A DNA stretch of 64,000 bases from a virus. The translations under genes were made by a program, and so were the position numbers. The first letter of the stretch is position 1, and the number at the start of each line of letters is the position of its first letter. The stretch covers positions 24,622 through 88,621 of IMG/VR virus record IMGVR_UViG_3300032053_000025, one strand, 5' to 3'. Under the pieces are notes generated by a model. The model worked only from the letters and a program-made list of their open reading frames with translations, had not been told where the DNA came from and searched no databases. Positions 1 to 9,523 of this stretch are shown piece by piece.

Positions 1-444
1 GGCGTAACCGATATAGATATTTTATCTTTTTCCGTAAAGGATACTCCTTATGATTCTTCCTCTATAGAGGCACTTAATAAAATTATGGATAAATTTCAAC
101 CTACACAAATCATAACCCACTGGCCATTTGATACACATCAATCTCATCGCAATACTGCATTGGCTTCTATATCAGCAGGACGGAACTTTAATAACATATT
201 AATGTATGAATCCTTTCCACCTAGCGGAAGAAGTTATGTAGCATTTAAACCTCAAGTATATTCGGATATTACCGATGTTTTAGCACTCAAGATGCAATCC
301 TTAAAAGCACATAAAAGTCAATATAAGAAATATGGAGAACTGTGGATAGATGCCGTAATTGGAAGAGCCCAATTAAGAGGGTGGGAATGTGGTAATAAGT
401 ATGCTGAATGTTTTGAATTATTAAGAAGCGACCTAATACTATGA
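1..444 (+). CDS. PIG-L/LmbE-family deacetylase (5' truncated)
   Basis: Frame open from base 1; IITHWPFDTHQSH, MYE, DITD..LK.QSLKAHKSQY and terminal AECFE motifs. Confidence 0.85.
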   Translation, partial: GVTDIDILSFSVKDTPYDSSSIEALNKIMDKFQPTQIITHWPFDTHQSHRNTALASISAGRNFNNILMYESFPPSGRSYVAFKPQVYSDITDVLALKMQSLKAHKSQYKKYGELWIDAVIGRAQLRGWECGNKYAECFELLRSDLIL

Positions 445-584
445 TACATTATTATCCTCATAATGATTGGATTGAACATAAATTAGAAGGCACTCAATGT
501 ATTTGCGAACCTAAAATTGATTGGCATTTAGGTATAGTTATTCATAATTCTGCCGATGGCAGAGAAGAGAAGGAGAGTATATGA
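441..584 (+). CDS. small His/Cys-rich hypothetical protein (47 aa)
   Basis: Hand-translated MIHYYPHNDWIEH..CICEP..IVIHNSADGRE; ATGA overlaps with both neighbours. Confidence 0.6.
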   Translation: MIHYYPHNDWIEHKLEGTQCICEPKIDWHLGIVIHNSADGREEKESI

Positions 585-1804
585 TAATTTCAATTCACCA
601 GCCCGAGGCTTTCTGTCATTTATCCCTTTTAGATACAATATCTAAATCTGAGTTGTTTATTATTGGGGACGATTTTCAATATCAGAAATCGTACTTTGAC
701 AATCGCAATAAAATTCGATCCAACTCTAAAGAAGGCTGGTCATGGCTAACTATCCCCGTTCAAGCTTCCAACAATCATATTGCTATAAAGGATATTAAGG
801 TAGCTTCGGGTGATTGGAAGAATAAATTACTCAATCAATTAACATCGAGCTATCAACATGCTCCTTATTTTAATGTTTATTTTCCTCAATTGCAAGAATT
901 ATTGAAGACACAAAGCGAATACCTTATTGATTATACTTTACCTATACTACAATGGTTCCTACTCCAATTTAAAATTTATACTCCAATTAAATTAATGAGC
1001 AAATTAAATATCCAATCTGATAATGGTTCTGATAAGGTTTTGGAAATTTGTAAAAAGGTGGGAACAAATACTTACTTATCGGGTCCAAGTGGGAAGGATT
1101 ATCTGAATTTAGCTTCCTTTAAGGAAGCAGGAATAGACTTGCAGTATCATAATTATTTACATCCTTATTACCAATCATTTCCAAAGGTAGATATGCTCCC
1201 AGGCTTATCTGCTTTAGATTGTTTATTCTCACATGGACCAAACTCAAACAATATTATGCAGGCTAAAGGTATAGGTAGCATGGCTACAATTATGGGGAAT
1301 ATTGAATATAAACATAGGTCCATTCTTGAGGTATTTGGCGGGGATGGTACGGGCCAATTATCATCATATGGTAACACAGTTGATTGTTCTAATTTAACAA
1401 TATGGGAATTAGATTTGCAAAATGTATATAAACTTAGGGATAAATATCCTCATGCTAATGTTAAGCATGTTGATTCTTTAATTGAAGCCAAAAAGACTAA
1501 TCAAACCTTTGATATTATTATAATTGATACTCCGGCATTGATGTCTAACAATAAATTATTACCTCAAATATCAAACTTACTTACCGAGGATGAGGATGGA
1601 ATACTTATATTTAGAGCAATTAAACAATCGTGGAATAATCATCCTTCAGTGGAAGTTGACCAACCCATTGAATATTGGAAATTAATTTTTCAACAGGACT
1701 TTGATATTATTAATATGAAAGAAGTGCAAAGAGAATATTTTTGGAGTGAAGGTAAGTGGAAATTATGGTTAAGCAATTACCTTTTCCAATTAAGGAGGAT
1801 ATAA
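581..1804 (+). CDS. WbqC-family protein fused to class I SAM-methyltransferase-like domain
   Basis: ISIHQP, DDFQY..NRNKI, WLTIPV, Y.HAPYF, YLSGPSGKDYL, LSALDCLF (WbqC); C-terminal ILEVFGGDG, IWELD, FDIIIIDTP. Confidence 0.85.
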   Translation: MIISIHQPEAFCHLSLLDTISKSELFIIGDDFQYQKSYFDNRNKIRSNSKEGWSWLTIPVQASNNHIAIKDIKVASGDWKNKLLNQLTSSYQHAPYFNVYFPQLQELLKTQSEYLIDYTLPILQWFLLQFKIYTPIKLMSKLNIQSDNGSDKVLEICKKVGTNTYLSGPSGKDYLNLASFKEAGIDLQYHNYLHPYYQSFPKVDMLPGLSALDCLFSHGPNSNNIMQAKGIGSMATIMGNIEYKHRSILEVFGGDGTGQLSSYGNTVDCSNLTIWELDLQNVYKLRDKYPHANVKHVDSLIEAKKTNQTFDIIIIDTPALMSNNKLLPQISNLLTEDEDGILIFRAIKQSWNNHPSVEVDQPIEYWKLIFQQDFDIINMKEVQREYFWSEGKWKLWLSNYLFQLRRI

Positions 1805-1805
1805 A

Positions 1806-2717
1806 ATGAGTAAAATATTCAAGCCTTTTAAACTCCCTAATGACTCTGTAGATGTAAATACTCTACAATTCCCTTTATTAGCCAGCAGAAAGCTGGATGG
1901 ATTGAGACTAGTTGTCAACAAGGGTGGTATGTTTACTTGTTCATTAAAACAATTTCCCAATGTGCAATTGCAGGGCAGGTTCGAGCATTTAATGAAGATT
2001 TCCAGAGGACTAAATTTACTCTTAGATGGAGAATTATTAGCTAAGAGTTTAACTTTCTATGAATTAAGTGGGCTTTGCAGGAGGCTAGACGCACCCTTAC
2101 CAGAGGATTTATATTTTTATGCCTTTGATGCGGTACAAAACGAGCAATATGATATGGAGTTTAGCAAGAGGATATCTTATTTAGACAATATAGCAAAATA
2201 TTCTTATGTTAAGGTTCTAGAACAAAGATTAGTTAAATCTATAGAAGAAGTCTGGGCATTTTATGAAGAGGCATTAAAAGAAGGTCATTGTGATGGGCTA
2301 ATCTTGAGAAGCCCAATGGGTAGATATAAATGTGGTAGAGCAACTATCAATGAAGGTTTGGGATATAAATTAAAGCCATTCGAGACAATAGACTCCGCAA
2401 TTATAGGGGTTGTACAAGCAACTGAGGTAGATCCAAGGGCAGAAAAGACAATCAACGAGCTGGGGCGGAGTACAACCTCTAAGAAATTAGGGGATAGAAT
2501 TTTAATTGAAAAAGCCTCTGCTTTTGTTGTCAAGTATGAAGGAAAAGATTTGAAAGTTACTATTGCAATGACTGATATAGAGAAAGAAGAAATTTGGAAG
2601 AATAAGGATTCTTATATTGGAAGATGGATTGAATTCAAAGCCATGAGGGTGGGAATGCTTGAAGATGGTTTGCCAAGGCACCCCACAACCCTGAGAATGA
2701 GAACCGATAAAGACTAA
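1806..2717 (+). CDS. lig: ATP-dependent DNA ligase
   Basis: SRKLDGLR, LDGEL, FYAFD, DGLILR, Y..GR, KLKP, IEFK..PRHP motifs. Confidence 0.92.
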   Translation: MSKIFKPFKLPNDSVDVNTLQFPLLASRKLDGLRLVVNKGGMFTCSLKQFPNVQLQGRFEHLMKISRGLNLLLDGELLAKSLTFYELSGLCRRLDAPLPEDLYFYAFDAVQNEQYDMEFSKRISYLDNIAKYSYVKVLEQRLVKSIEEVWAFYEEALKEGHCDGLILRSPMGRYKCGRATINEGLGYKLKPFETIDSAIIGVVQATEVDPRAEKTINELGRSTTSKKLGDRILIEKASAFVVKYEGKDLKVTIAMTDIEKEEIWKNKDSYIGRWIEFKAMRVGMLEDGLPRHPTTLRMRTDKD

Positions 2718-2718
2718 T

Positions 2719-2931
2719 ATGCACTATATGCCTAAAAATACCAACTATTTAGCGATACTCGATAAGACCGAATCCATAGGCAAACAAATTAACGCAAATA
2801 AAATGATTGATTTGCGTATAGCAAGGGGCGGTTGTTTTGTTGCCCGTTATTATATTAAGACTGCAAAAATTAAAGGTATTGAAGTAGACTTAATGTATGA
2901 AGTCAAGATTTATGACAATCTGAAATCATAG
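2719..2931 (+). CDS. hypothetical protein
   Basis: ORF tightly packed in operon. Confidence 0.5.
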   Translation: MHYMPKNTNYLAILDKTESIGKQINANKMIDLRIARGGCFVARYYIKTAKIKGIEVDLMYEVKIYDNLKS

Positions 2932-2941
2932 GAGAATAATA

Positions 2942-3637
2942 ATGGAAATTAAGCAATACAAAGACTATCAAATCCAACTTCGATCCTCCTCAGATGCAGG
3001 AGTATTCCAAGAAATTATCATTAACAATTGTTATGGTATTGATTTTAAATGGTTTGATAAAGTAAAGACCATCATTGATATTGGTGGCCATATAGGTATA
3101 TTTAGTTTATTTATTGCTCCTTATGTTGATAAGATTTATACCTTTGAACCTTATTGGCAAAATTATAGATTATTGGTAGAAAATGTAGACCAGAATAATT
3201 TACTATCTAAAATTAAATGTCATCAAAAAGCAGTTACCCATTATGAAGGAGTAATTGATTTTTATGAATCTAAACAAACCCATGTAAGACATACTATTGT
3301 ACCTCCGGGGCAATTAAAATTTTGCGACCAAGGGGAGAAAATAATTGTGCCTTGCACTTCTCTCTTCAATATTATGTCTACTATTGGGCATCCAACCTTA
3401 TTGAAAATAGATATTGAAGGTGGAGAATATTCCTTACTATTCAATACACCCGAGCAAGCATTTAAAAATATTACTTACATTGTTATGGAAACTCACCATG
3501 ACGAATCTTCCCTTTTCAATAAAGACGATCTTATCAAAAAATTAGAAAGTTATGGCTACAAAGTTTCCTGGAAATTTAACTGGAAAGACCCAGACTATAA
3601 AATGACAACCGGAGATTTAATAGCCATAAAAGAATAG
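2942..3637 (+). CDS. FkbM-family methyltransferase
   Basis: IIDIGGHIGIFS, FEP, LLKIDIEGGEY, IVMETH. Confidence 0.92.
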   Translation: MEIKQYKDYQIQLRSSSDAGVFQEIIINNCYGIDFKWFDKVKTIIDIGGHIGIFSLFIAPYVDKIYTFEPYWQNYRLLVENVDQNNLLSKIKCHQKAVTHYEGVIDFYESKQTHVRHTIVPPGQLKFCDQGEKIIVPCTSLFNIMSTIGHPTLLKIDIEGGEYSLLFNTPEQAFKNITYIVMETHHDESSLFNKDDLIKKLESYGYKVSWKFNWKDPDYKMTTGDLIAIKE

Positions 3638-3644
3638 GAGTAAA

Positions 3645-4520
3645 ATGAGTTATAAACTCCAATTATTAAAAGAAAGTTTAATACCAATTACTGCCCAAGA
3701 TTTAATTAATATAGGTGGAATTCCACCTATAGACCCCACCAAACAAGTGGCTATTGTTATTGATTCCTTCCTTAGAGATAAATGTTTATTAATCCTCCTT
3801 AAAAGTATATTTAAATTCGCACCTCATTATAAAATTTATATTACAGGCCAGGGCATCTATAGTAAAGAGAAAGATGCCCTTTTTTGTTTATTGAAGGTAG
3901 CAGGCCATACCATAATTAATTGTGGCTTTGATGCAGGATTAGGTCAATGTCACAAAAAGATAGTAGAATTTGTGACTGAGCCTTATATATTTTTCTGCCA
4001 TGAGGACGCTTTATTTACTGATAAAACTAACTTAGAATCAATGGTTAATATAATCAAACTTAATAGATATAGATTAGGTTGGCTATCTCCTTCTTCCTTA
4101 TTCAATCAACCTTCCCATTTATTATTGAAAAATTTAAATTTAGCTATTACTCCTCTTGAAGTAGAATTTAAAAATAGTCATAGAGATCCATTTATTTGCG
4201 ATATTGCAGGTACTCAAGGTTTAGTTAAATCAACCTTATTTAGTTCAATCCAATATGATGCTCAATTTAAAATGAATGAAACTTTAGACTTAATGTTAAA
4301 CATGAAATTTAATACTGTTAATAGAGTAGCAATCACCAACCAATCTATATTATGGCATCAAGAACCTTGTGAGCATCCTATCTATCTTCAATATAAGCAT
4401 AGGGAATGGTATTATGACCAATTATTAAGGACTAAATGGCAATTTACAAGTATTAATGGAAGAAAAATTAAAAGGGATAATACTAAGTTTCTTTATGTTA
4501 TGGAGGAAAATAATGGATAA
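3645..4520 (+). CDS. GT-A fold (GT2-like) glycosyltransferase
   Basis: VAIVIDSFLR..L..LLKSI, FDAGL, PYIFFCHED, YDAQFK..E; paralogous to next gene. Confidence 0.65.
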   Translation: MSYKLQLLKESLIPITAQDLINIGGIPPIDPTKQVAIVIDSFLRDKCLLILLKSIFKFAPHYKIYITGQGIYSKEKDALFCLLKVAGHTIINCGFDAGLGQCHKKIVEFVTEPYIFFCHEDALFTDKTNLESMVNIIKLNRYRLGWLSPSSLFNQPSHLLLKNLNLAITPLEVEFKNSHRDPFICDIAGTQGLVKSTLFSSIQYDAQFKMNETLDLMLNMKFNTVNRVAITNQSILWHQEPCEHPIYLQYKHREWYYDQLLRTKWQFTSINGRKIKRDNTKFLYVMEENNG

Positions 4521-5268
4521 ATCTATCGCAGTAATTATGCCCTGCTTTAAACGTAACGAATTATTAGCCCAAACTGTAGAAACATATAAGCAATTTATGC
4601 CTAAAGATTGGGTATTATTAATTGGGGATCAAGACCCTTCTGAGGCTAAATTTAAGCAATATAATGCTGGCAATATTCATTATTATCCCCTCCCCTATGA
4701 TTGCGGGATTAGCTTAGCCAGAAATATGTTGATTAAAGAAGCCTCTAAATCAGGCTTCGAATACGGATTATTATCTGCCGATAGTATACCATTAATTAAA
4801 ACGCCGGATTTAACTCCATATATTGAATTCCTTAAAATGGATCCTAATCATGGAATTATCGGGCTTCCTACGAGCGATAATTTAAAGAAAGAGGATTTAT
4901 GGAATGCTAATTTGTCCATTGATTCTGAGGGAATTCATTTATGGCCCGCTAACGAGTATACCGAGTTTAATGGGATTAAATATAAGAAATGCCAGATTGT
5001 TAGCAATTTCTTTTTGTTTAAATTGCAATTAGCACTTGAGAACCCTTGGAGGGAGGAATTAAAATTAGCAGAGCATGAATCGTTTTTCATTGACCTAATG
5101 CAGAAAACTTTATACAAGGTTTTCCATACTCCCTATAGGTTCGCTACATATATTCAATCTCGACCACCAGATTATGATATTTATAGGCGAAGGTTGTATG
5201 ATACTTATATCCCGTTGCTTCGTAAACTTTATGGGCTGAGGGCCTGGATAATTTACCATAATCGTTAA
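4513..5268 (+). CDS. GT2-like glycosyltransferase
   Basis: IAVIMPCFKR, LIGDQ, LPYDCGISLARN, NFFL, W.EELKLAEHESFF; start MDKSI after GGAGG. Confidence 0.75.
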   Translation: MDKSIAVIMPCFKRNELLAQTVETYKQFMPKDWVLLIGDQDPSEAKFKQYNAGNIHYYPLPYDCGISLARNMLIKEASKSGFEYGLLSADSIPLIKTPDLTPYIEFLKMDPNHGIIGLPTSDNLKKEDLWNANLSIDSEGIHLWPANEYTEFNGIKYKKCQIVSNFFLFKLQLALENPWREELKLAEHESFFIDLMQKTLYKVFHTPYRFATYIQSRPPDYDIYRRRLYDTYIPLLRKLYGLRAWIIYHNR

Positions 5269-5427
5269 CAGGAGGTTTAATGTTATTAGGAGCTCGAGTT
5301 CTAGCTAGGATTGACAATAAAGTCAAAGAATGTAGAGTAATTGATATTCAAGGGGACAATCTACAATTGGAAGCTGTTACCGGCGAAATTATAAGCCGAA
5401 AATATTGGCAAGTAAATGGGGTTAAAA

Positions 5428-6156
5428 ATGAGCAAGCCTAATCAGTTAATTATTCTTGGGGGAGGAGTATCGGTAACTGAAGGAATTGAATTAGGCCTTT
5501 GGGATAAAATTAAAGACCACTATGTTATGGGACTTAATTTTGCCTTCAAAACATTTAATCCAACCTTCACTTGTTTTGTTGACCCTATAAGTTTCTACCG
5601 AACATATAAGAGTGATATATTTAATCTGCCTTTAATTGTAGGTCGATATTCGAAAGATATTGTTAAGGATATTTGGCCCAATACAATTCTATTAAAGGAT
5701 ACTTGGATTTATAAGAGGGATTGCTCTGAGGGAGTTTACAATATATTTTTATGTGGAATATTTGGATTATCGTTAGCAATTTATTTAGCAGATAAGATAG
5801 ATATAAAAGAAATTTTCATGTTAGGGATAGATGGTGGAAACATAACTGGCAACCATGATAAATTTGGAAAATGGGAATCACATTACTATAGTTCAGAATT
5901 TACCCATAAGGGAACAGGTAAAATTAAGACCTATCATAAAGATGATGCTATACATAAAATGTATAAGGCTTTTGAGCAAGTTCAAGACATCAATATTTAC
6001 AATGTTTCGCCTTTAAGTAGGATTAAACAGTTTCCTAAGATTGATTATTTGACATTCTTCGATAAAATTGAGACTACAACTTATGACCAAAACTTACTTA
6101 GACTTGATATTAAACAACATTGCATAGATTTAGCAAACTTGCAAAAACAACATTAA
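5428..6156 (+). CDS. Maf/DUF115/sialyltransferase-like protein
   Basis: IILGGGVS, MGLN, GLSLA..L..KEIFMLGID, HYY, IYNVSP.S. Confidence 0.65.
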   Translation: MSKPNQLIILGGGVSVTEGIELGLWDKIKDHYVMGLNFAFKTFNPTFTCFVDPISFYRTYKSDIFNLPLIVGRYSKDIVKDIWPNTILLKDTWIYKRDCSEGVYNIFLCGIFGLSLAIYLADKIDIKEIFMLGIDGGNITGNHDKFGKWESHYYSSEFTHKGTGKIKTYHKDDAIHKMYKAFEQVQDINIYNVSPLSRIKQFPKIDYLTFFDKIETTTYDQNLLRLDIKQHCIDLANLQKQH

Positions 6157-6167
6157 TAGGTTATACT
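6139..6167 (+). promoter_or_regulatory. sigma70-type promoter
   Basis: TTGCAA-17 nt-TATACT. Confidence 0.5.
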
Positions 6168-6171
6168 AGAG

Positions 6172-6498
6172 GTGAGAATAATGTGGCTTAATTATTTATA
6201 CATTTTTGGCATTGCATTGATAGAATCCTTTGGATTAGGATTAAATGCTAAATTTCTCCAAAGGGGCAAGAAATTACCTTGCTATATTACATCCTCTATT
6301 AATGCTTTATTATATTTGACTGTGTTAGGCGTAGCAGTTGAGAATTTACACAACTGGCCCGCCAAGTTAGTGTATGTTCAGGGTTTTGCGATCGGGGACA
6401 TATTGACATTAATGTTTGATGCTAAATTAGAGAAACTTGCTAAGTCCAAAGGGATTAAAAATTTTAAGAAGAAATTAAAACGGTGGAGGGTTAAGTGA
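6172..6498 (+). CDS. small multi-pass membrane protein
   Basis: Three hydrophobic segments, YVQGFAIG, basic tail. Confidence 0.6.
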   Translation: MRIMWLNYLYIFGIALIESFGLGLNAKFLQRGKKLPCYITSSINALLYLTVLGVAVENLHNWPAKLVYVQGFAIGDILTLMFDAKLEKLAKSKGIKNFKKKLKRWRVK

Positions 6499-6716
6499 AA
6501 TATCTTAGCAATAAACCATTCTCGGTGCCTGTAGGCACCTTACCATTCAATATTAAGCCTAATTGCGATTCATGCTGGCATTTTAAACGTTCAAACTTCT
6601 TTAGTAAACATCAATGTAATAATTGCCATTCATGGAAAAACTTCCTCAAAAAGGAAGTTAATTTTAAACAGGTTATTGATAATTTTCTATATCAATTATT
6701 TTTGGAGAAGAAATAA
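6495..6716 (+). CDS. Cys-rich hypothetical protein
   Basis: CDSC and CNNC pairs. Confidence 0.5.
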   Translation: MKYLSNKPFSVPVGTLPFNIKPNCDSCWHFKRSNFFSKHQCNNCHSWKNFLKKEVNFKQVIDNFLYQLFLEKK

Positions 6717-6717
6717 C

Positions 6718-8286
6718 ATGGCAACCTTATTTACAGCAGATTTGCATGGTAATGATACAACGATTGCTCTTCTAAGAGGATTTAAGACTAAAGAAGAGCA
6801 TGATAGTTGGCTTATTCATTGTTGGAATCAACAAGTTAATAAAAATGATTTAGTATATGTATTAGGTGATTTTTGTAAAGGTAATCACCATGAAGTAAGA
6901 TCATTTAGAATGAAATTAAAAGGTAAAATTATTTTAATCCTCGGAAACCACGACCATTGTTTCTCTCTTGAAACCGAAATATTAACAACCGCCGGATATA
7001 AATCCTTTAAATATTTAAAAATGGGAGATATTATTCCCACAATTAATAAAGAACAAAATATTATAGAAATGAACCCCATCGAAAATATAATGCAGGCATG
7101 GGTAGATCAAGCATATATGTTTAACGGAAGGTCTGCTTCGGGGGTTTTCAGTAAAAATCACGAACATATAATTTTGCAAAATACTTATTTAAAAAATAAA
7201 ACCGAACCAATAGAACGTAAATGGGTTAAATTACCTTCTTCTACCATTTGGAATTATAAATCTCGTTTATTAATGCCCGCTTCATTTATAAGTGGCCAGG
7301 AAGATATTAATATTTCAGATAACTGGCTATCGTTTTTTGGATGGTTATTTAGCGATGGGGGATTTGATAAACAAGGGGCCATTACTTTATACCAAAGTAA
7401 ACCAAAAAATATACCAATTATTGAACATTTATTAACACAACTTAAATTAACATATACGACTACTATAAGAAAAAATAAAACCCCTAATTGGTATAATAAC
7501 AAACTCATTAAGGGCAATTATCCAGCATTTGAATTTAGAATAAAGAGCGTAATAGGAAAACCAATATTAGAACAATTTTCCATAACCCACCGCCACCAAT
7601 TACCTTCTTGGTTTTTTAATCTTTCTGATAGGCAAGTGCGGTTGTTCCTTACCTCTTATAAATTGGGAAACGGAAGCAAGGGTAATTCCCCCTCAGAGTG
7701 TGTATGGGGAACAAAAGAATTATTATCCAGTCTTATGGGACTGTGTATTACGCATGGAATAGATTGTAATCTAGTGGAGCAAAATACTAGAAAGGGGGTC
7801 TATTATTTATGTTTGCGTAACAGACCTTTTGTAAAAAATATGCAGTACAAAAGAAATTATGGCATTAGAGAGATACCAGTAACCAATAGACAAATTATTT
7901 CTTATAATAATATGATGTACGATATAGAAGTTAAAAATCACACCTTTTTTATTAGACACAATGGAAAATCTTTAATTACAGGAAATTCTAACCGTATCCA
8001 AAATTTACCAGAATTATTCACTGGGATTTATGATATCAAGGAAATTAAAATCCGGGGATTCAAAACCACATTATGCCATTATTCGTTACGGACATGGCCA
8101 TCATCAAATTTTAATTCATTTATGCTCCACGGGCATAGTCATGGAGGCTTATTACCTCAAGGCAAGCAACTTGATGTTGACATAGGTTCTAATCATGGAA
8201 TCTTATATACTGAGGATGATATCTTAGCTATTATGAAACTTCGTGGGGACAATTTTAATTACATCGATAAATCCATAACTCCTTAA
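6718..8286 (+). CDS. calcineurin-like metallophosphoesterase, intein-containing
   Basis: FTADLH, VYVLGDF, GNHD, CHY, LHGHSHG motifs split by a 343-aa insertion. Confidence 0.9.
   Translation: MATLFTADLHGNDTTIALLRGFKTKEEHDSWLIHCWNQQVNKNDLVYVLGDFCKGNHHEVRSFRMKLKGKIILILGNHDHCFSLETEILTTAGYKSFKYLKMGDIIPTINKEQNIIEMNPIENIMQAWVDQAYMFNGRSASGVFSKNHEHIILQNTYLKNKTEPIERKWVKLPSSTIWNYKSRLLMPASFISGQEDINISDNWLSFFGWLFSDGGFDKQGAITLYQSKPKNIPIIEHLLTQLKLTYTTTIRKNKTPNWYNNKLIKGNYPAFEFRIKSVIGKPILEQFSITHRHQLPSWFFNLSDRQVRLFLTSYKLGNGSKGNSPSECVWGTKELLSSLMGLCITHGIDCNLVEQNTRKGVYYLCLRNRPFVKNMQYKRNYGIREIPVTNRQIISYNNMMYDIEVKNHTFFIRHNGKSLITGNSNRIQNLPELFTGIYDIKEIKIRGFKTTLCHYSLRTWPSSNFNSFMLHGHSHGGLLPQGKQLDVDIGSNHGILYTEDDILAIMKLRGDNFNYIDKSITP
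6958..7986 (+). mobile_element. intein with LAGLIDADG homing endonuclease domain
   Basis: Begins CFSLETEILT..G; block B SKNH; FFGWLFSDG; ends MYDIEVKNHTFFIRHNGKSLITGN followed by extein Ser. Confidence 0.92.
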
Positions 8287-8291
8287 CTAAA

Positions 8292-8663
8292 ATGAAAATC
8301 CCATACATATCCAAACAATGCGGCAAAGTCTTACATATTTATGATCCTGTTTATCAGCAAAACTATTACTATTTTAATTGCAGAACTCATAAAGAATATG
8401 TGAAACTCCTAAAATCTAAATTTAATATCGATAGAGAGCCTAATGAAGATATAGGTGGGAATTGTTCTATACATGAGCATAGAGGTATATTTATCGTTTT
8501 TATATGGACAATTAGAAGAGGGCCGGATATTATTGCCCACGAAGTTTTACATGCAGTAAGTTGGATATTGAGAAATAGGGATATACCACTTAAAGATGAT
8601 ACCGAAGAAGCTTATGCTTATTTAACTCAATTTTTGATGAAGGAAATATTGGCTAAACGATGA
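8292..8663 (+). CDS. HExxH metallopeptidase-like phage protein
   Basis: IAHEVLHA...EEAYAYL. Confidence 0.6.
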   Translation: MKIPYISKQCGKVLHIYDPVYQQNYYYFNCRTHKEYVKLLKSKFNIDREPNEDIGGNCSIHEHRGIFIVFIWTIRRGPDIIAHEVLHAVSWILRNRDIPLKDDTEEAYAYLTQFLMKEILAKR

Positions 8664-8762
8664 CACATTCAGAAGCTTCACCACTATTCCGATTATTCGT
8701 TCTTTTATTCCTGCCAATTATAGGTTTAATTGGTATGTTTGTATGTTTATTTGAGGAGGTTT

Positions 8763-8927
8763 ATGATGGGCAATAGATATGAGTTTAAAATTGCAATATT
8801 AAATAAGGCATATACTAATCAACTTATAGTTGCCTTAGCACATCAAGGTTATGGTCCTTATTTAACTTCGGAAAATGAGGTAGGTATCACAATTTCTGAT
8901 AGCGAATTAACTAAAATAAAGGAGTAA
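8763..8927 (+). CDS. hypothetical protein
   Basis: ATG after GAGGAGG. Confidence 0.5.
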   Translation: MMGNRYEFKIAILNKAYTNQLIVALAHQGYGPYLTSENEVGITISDSELTKIKE

Positions 8928-8929
8928 TT

Positions 8930-9523
8930 ATGGTTTATCCCGAATTTCAAGCATTTAAAAAGATACCTAGATTAAATAGAGATATAACCATCACCGAAAA
9001 AATTGATGGTTCAAATATTGTGTTTTATATTGACGAAGTAGATAATTTATTTGTCGGTAGTCATAGAAGATGGTTAGATGAACACAATGACAACCACGGC
9101 TCATATAACTGGGCTATGGAATACAAACCAGAATTATTAAAACTGGGGGTGGGCTATCACTATGCTGAAATAATGGGGGAGGGAATACAAAGAACCTATG
9201 GTTTAAAAGAAAAAAGAGTATATTTATTCAACACGAGTCGCTGGTGTTTGCATGATGCCGAGCCCGGATTGGTCAGTATAGACCCAAAAACCAAAATAGA
9301 AAAGTATCAGGAGCGGGCTCCCAAGTGTTGTTATATCGTTCCTGTATTATATGAGGGTATTTTTAGTATGGATGCCATTGATTATTGTTTAGAATTTTTA
9401 CAAGATTTTGGGAGCCGGGCTGTAATGGGATTTAATAAGCCGGAGGGATTGGTAGTGTGGCATCATGCTGCAGGTCAATACTTTAAAAAAACCATTGAAA
9501 ACGATGAGGGCAAACATGGATAA
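8930..9523 (+). CDS. RNA ligase (Rnl2-like nucleotidyltransferase domain)
   Basis: ITEKIDGSN, YAEIMG.GIQ, YLFN, VPVLY, PEGLVV, YFK. Confidence 0.85.
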   Translation: MVYPEFQAFKKIPRLNRDITITEKIDGSNIVFYIDEVDNLFVGSHRRWLDEHNDNHGSYNWAMEYKPELLKLGVGYHYAEIMGEGIQRTYGLKEKRVYLFNTSRWCLHDAEPGLVSIDPKTKIEKYQERAPKCCYIVPVLYEGIFSMDAIDYCLEFLQDFGSRAVMGFNKPEGLVVWHHAAGQYFKKTIENDEGKHG

